Source of the DNA: Azolla caroliniana
Taxonomy: Eukaryota > Plantae > Polypodiophyta
Direction: 5' to 3'
Assembly: GCA_043228905.1 (NCBI GenBank)
Contig: JBHGNT010000002.1
Span: 26,722,001-26,786,000 of the forward strand
Length of the DNA stretch: 64,000 nucleotides
The position numbers were made by a program, and so were the translations under genes. A model generated the notes under the pieces. That model was given only the letters and a program-made list of their open reading frames with translations. It was not told where the DNA came from and ran no database searches. Shown piece by piece: positions 63,431-64,000 of this stretch. How positions within the stretch are numbered: position 1 is the first letter of the stretch; every line of letters begins with the position of its first letter.

Positions 63431-64000
63431 CGATTTGCCGTGGCAACAAATGTGAAAGGTTTCAGAAGGCGATGAAATTTACCCCCGCAAGGTGGTATAC
63501 AAGTTTTATGTACGGGTCAGGCGAAGAAGGGGGGGGGGGGGGGGGCAGTGGTTTTGTTTGAGGGTATGCTTGTAAATATAGAAAACCCAATGGGGGAATT
63601 TCACAAGTGTGAAGAACCAAACATAAATTCATCATCATACAAATAAGGGAAAGAAAAGGTAATGATTTTGAAGTGATTGATGGTTGGATTCAAAATATAG
63701 TTATGCAACCCCAACAAAAAAACTGATGGAAAAATAATATACACACAAATTTGTTTTTTTGCATATGTTATCTGTTGTTGTATGCATAATGATAAGAAGT
63801 AGAAGAAGCAGAAAGCTGAGCAGTTTGAAATGATTCAGTTATATGTATTGAATGCTCTGTTTTTTTGGGGGAAAACACAATCCCTTTGCATACATATGAA
63901 GAAAAAAAGCTCTCTGTTTTTCCTCATCTGTCCATCAAAAACCTGCATTATATCTTGCAAGTATGATCATCAAATCTTTGTAATGAAAAGAGCCCATTTA

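Overview
Eukaryotic, repeat-rich plant nuclear DNA. It is probably a fern or other seed-free land plant, inferred from the retroelement families and gene style. The first ~20 kb is a dense nest of retroelements: L1-type LINE remnants, nested solo LTRs, a PLS-PPR fragment, a tRNA-Trp-primed Ty3/gypsy family whose three insertions all abut CCGT, a Copia 5' end and an Athila-like 5' half. It is followed by a multi-exon minus-strand coiled-coil gene (~21.8-28 kb) and a young full-length but inactivated Galadriel-like chromovirus (33817-39052). After that come an intact 13-exon eIF3a gene (44575-51068) and a two-exon minus-strand gene (55007-56683). That gene encodes an apparently secreted ApoD/Blc-like lipocalin whose barrel is split by a ~185-aa helical insertion. 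The split lipocalin and the CCGT-targeting LTR nest are the most unusual observations. No CRISPR array, rRNA or intact tRNA gene is supported.
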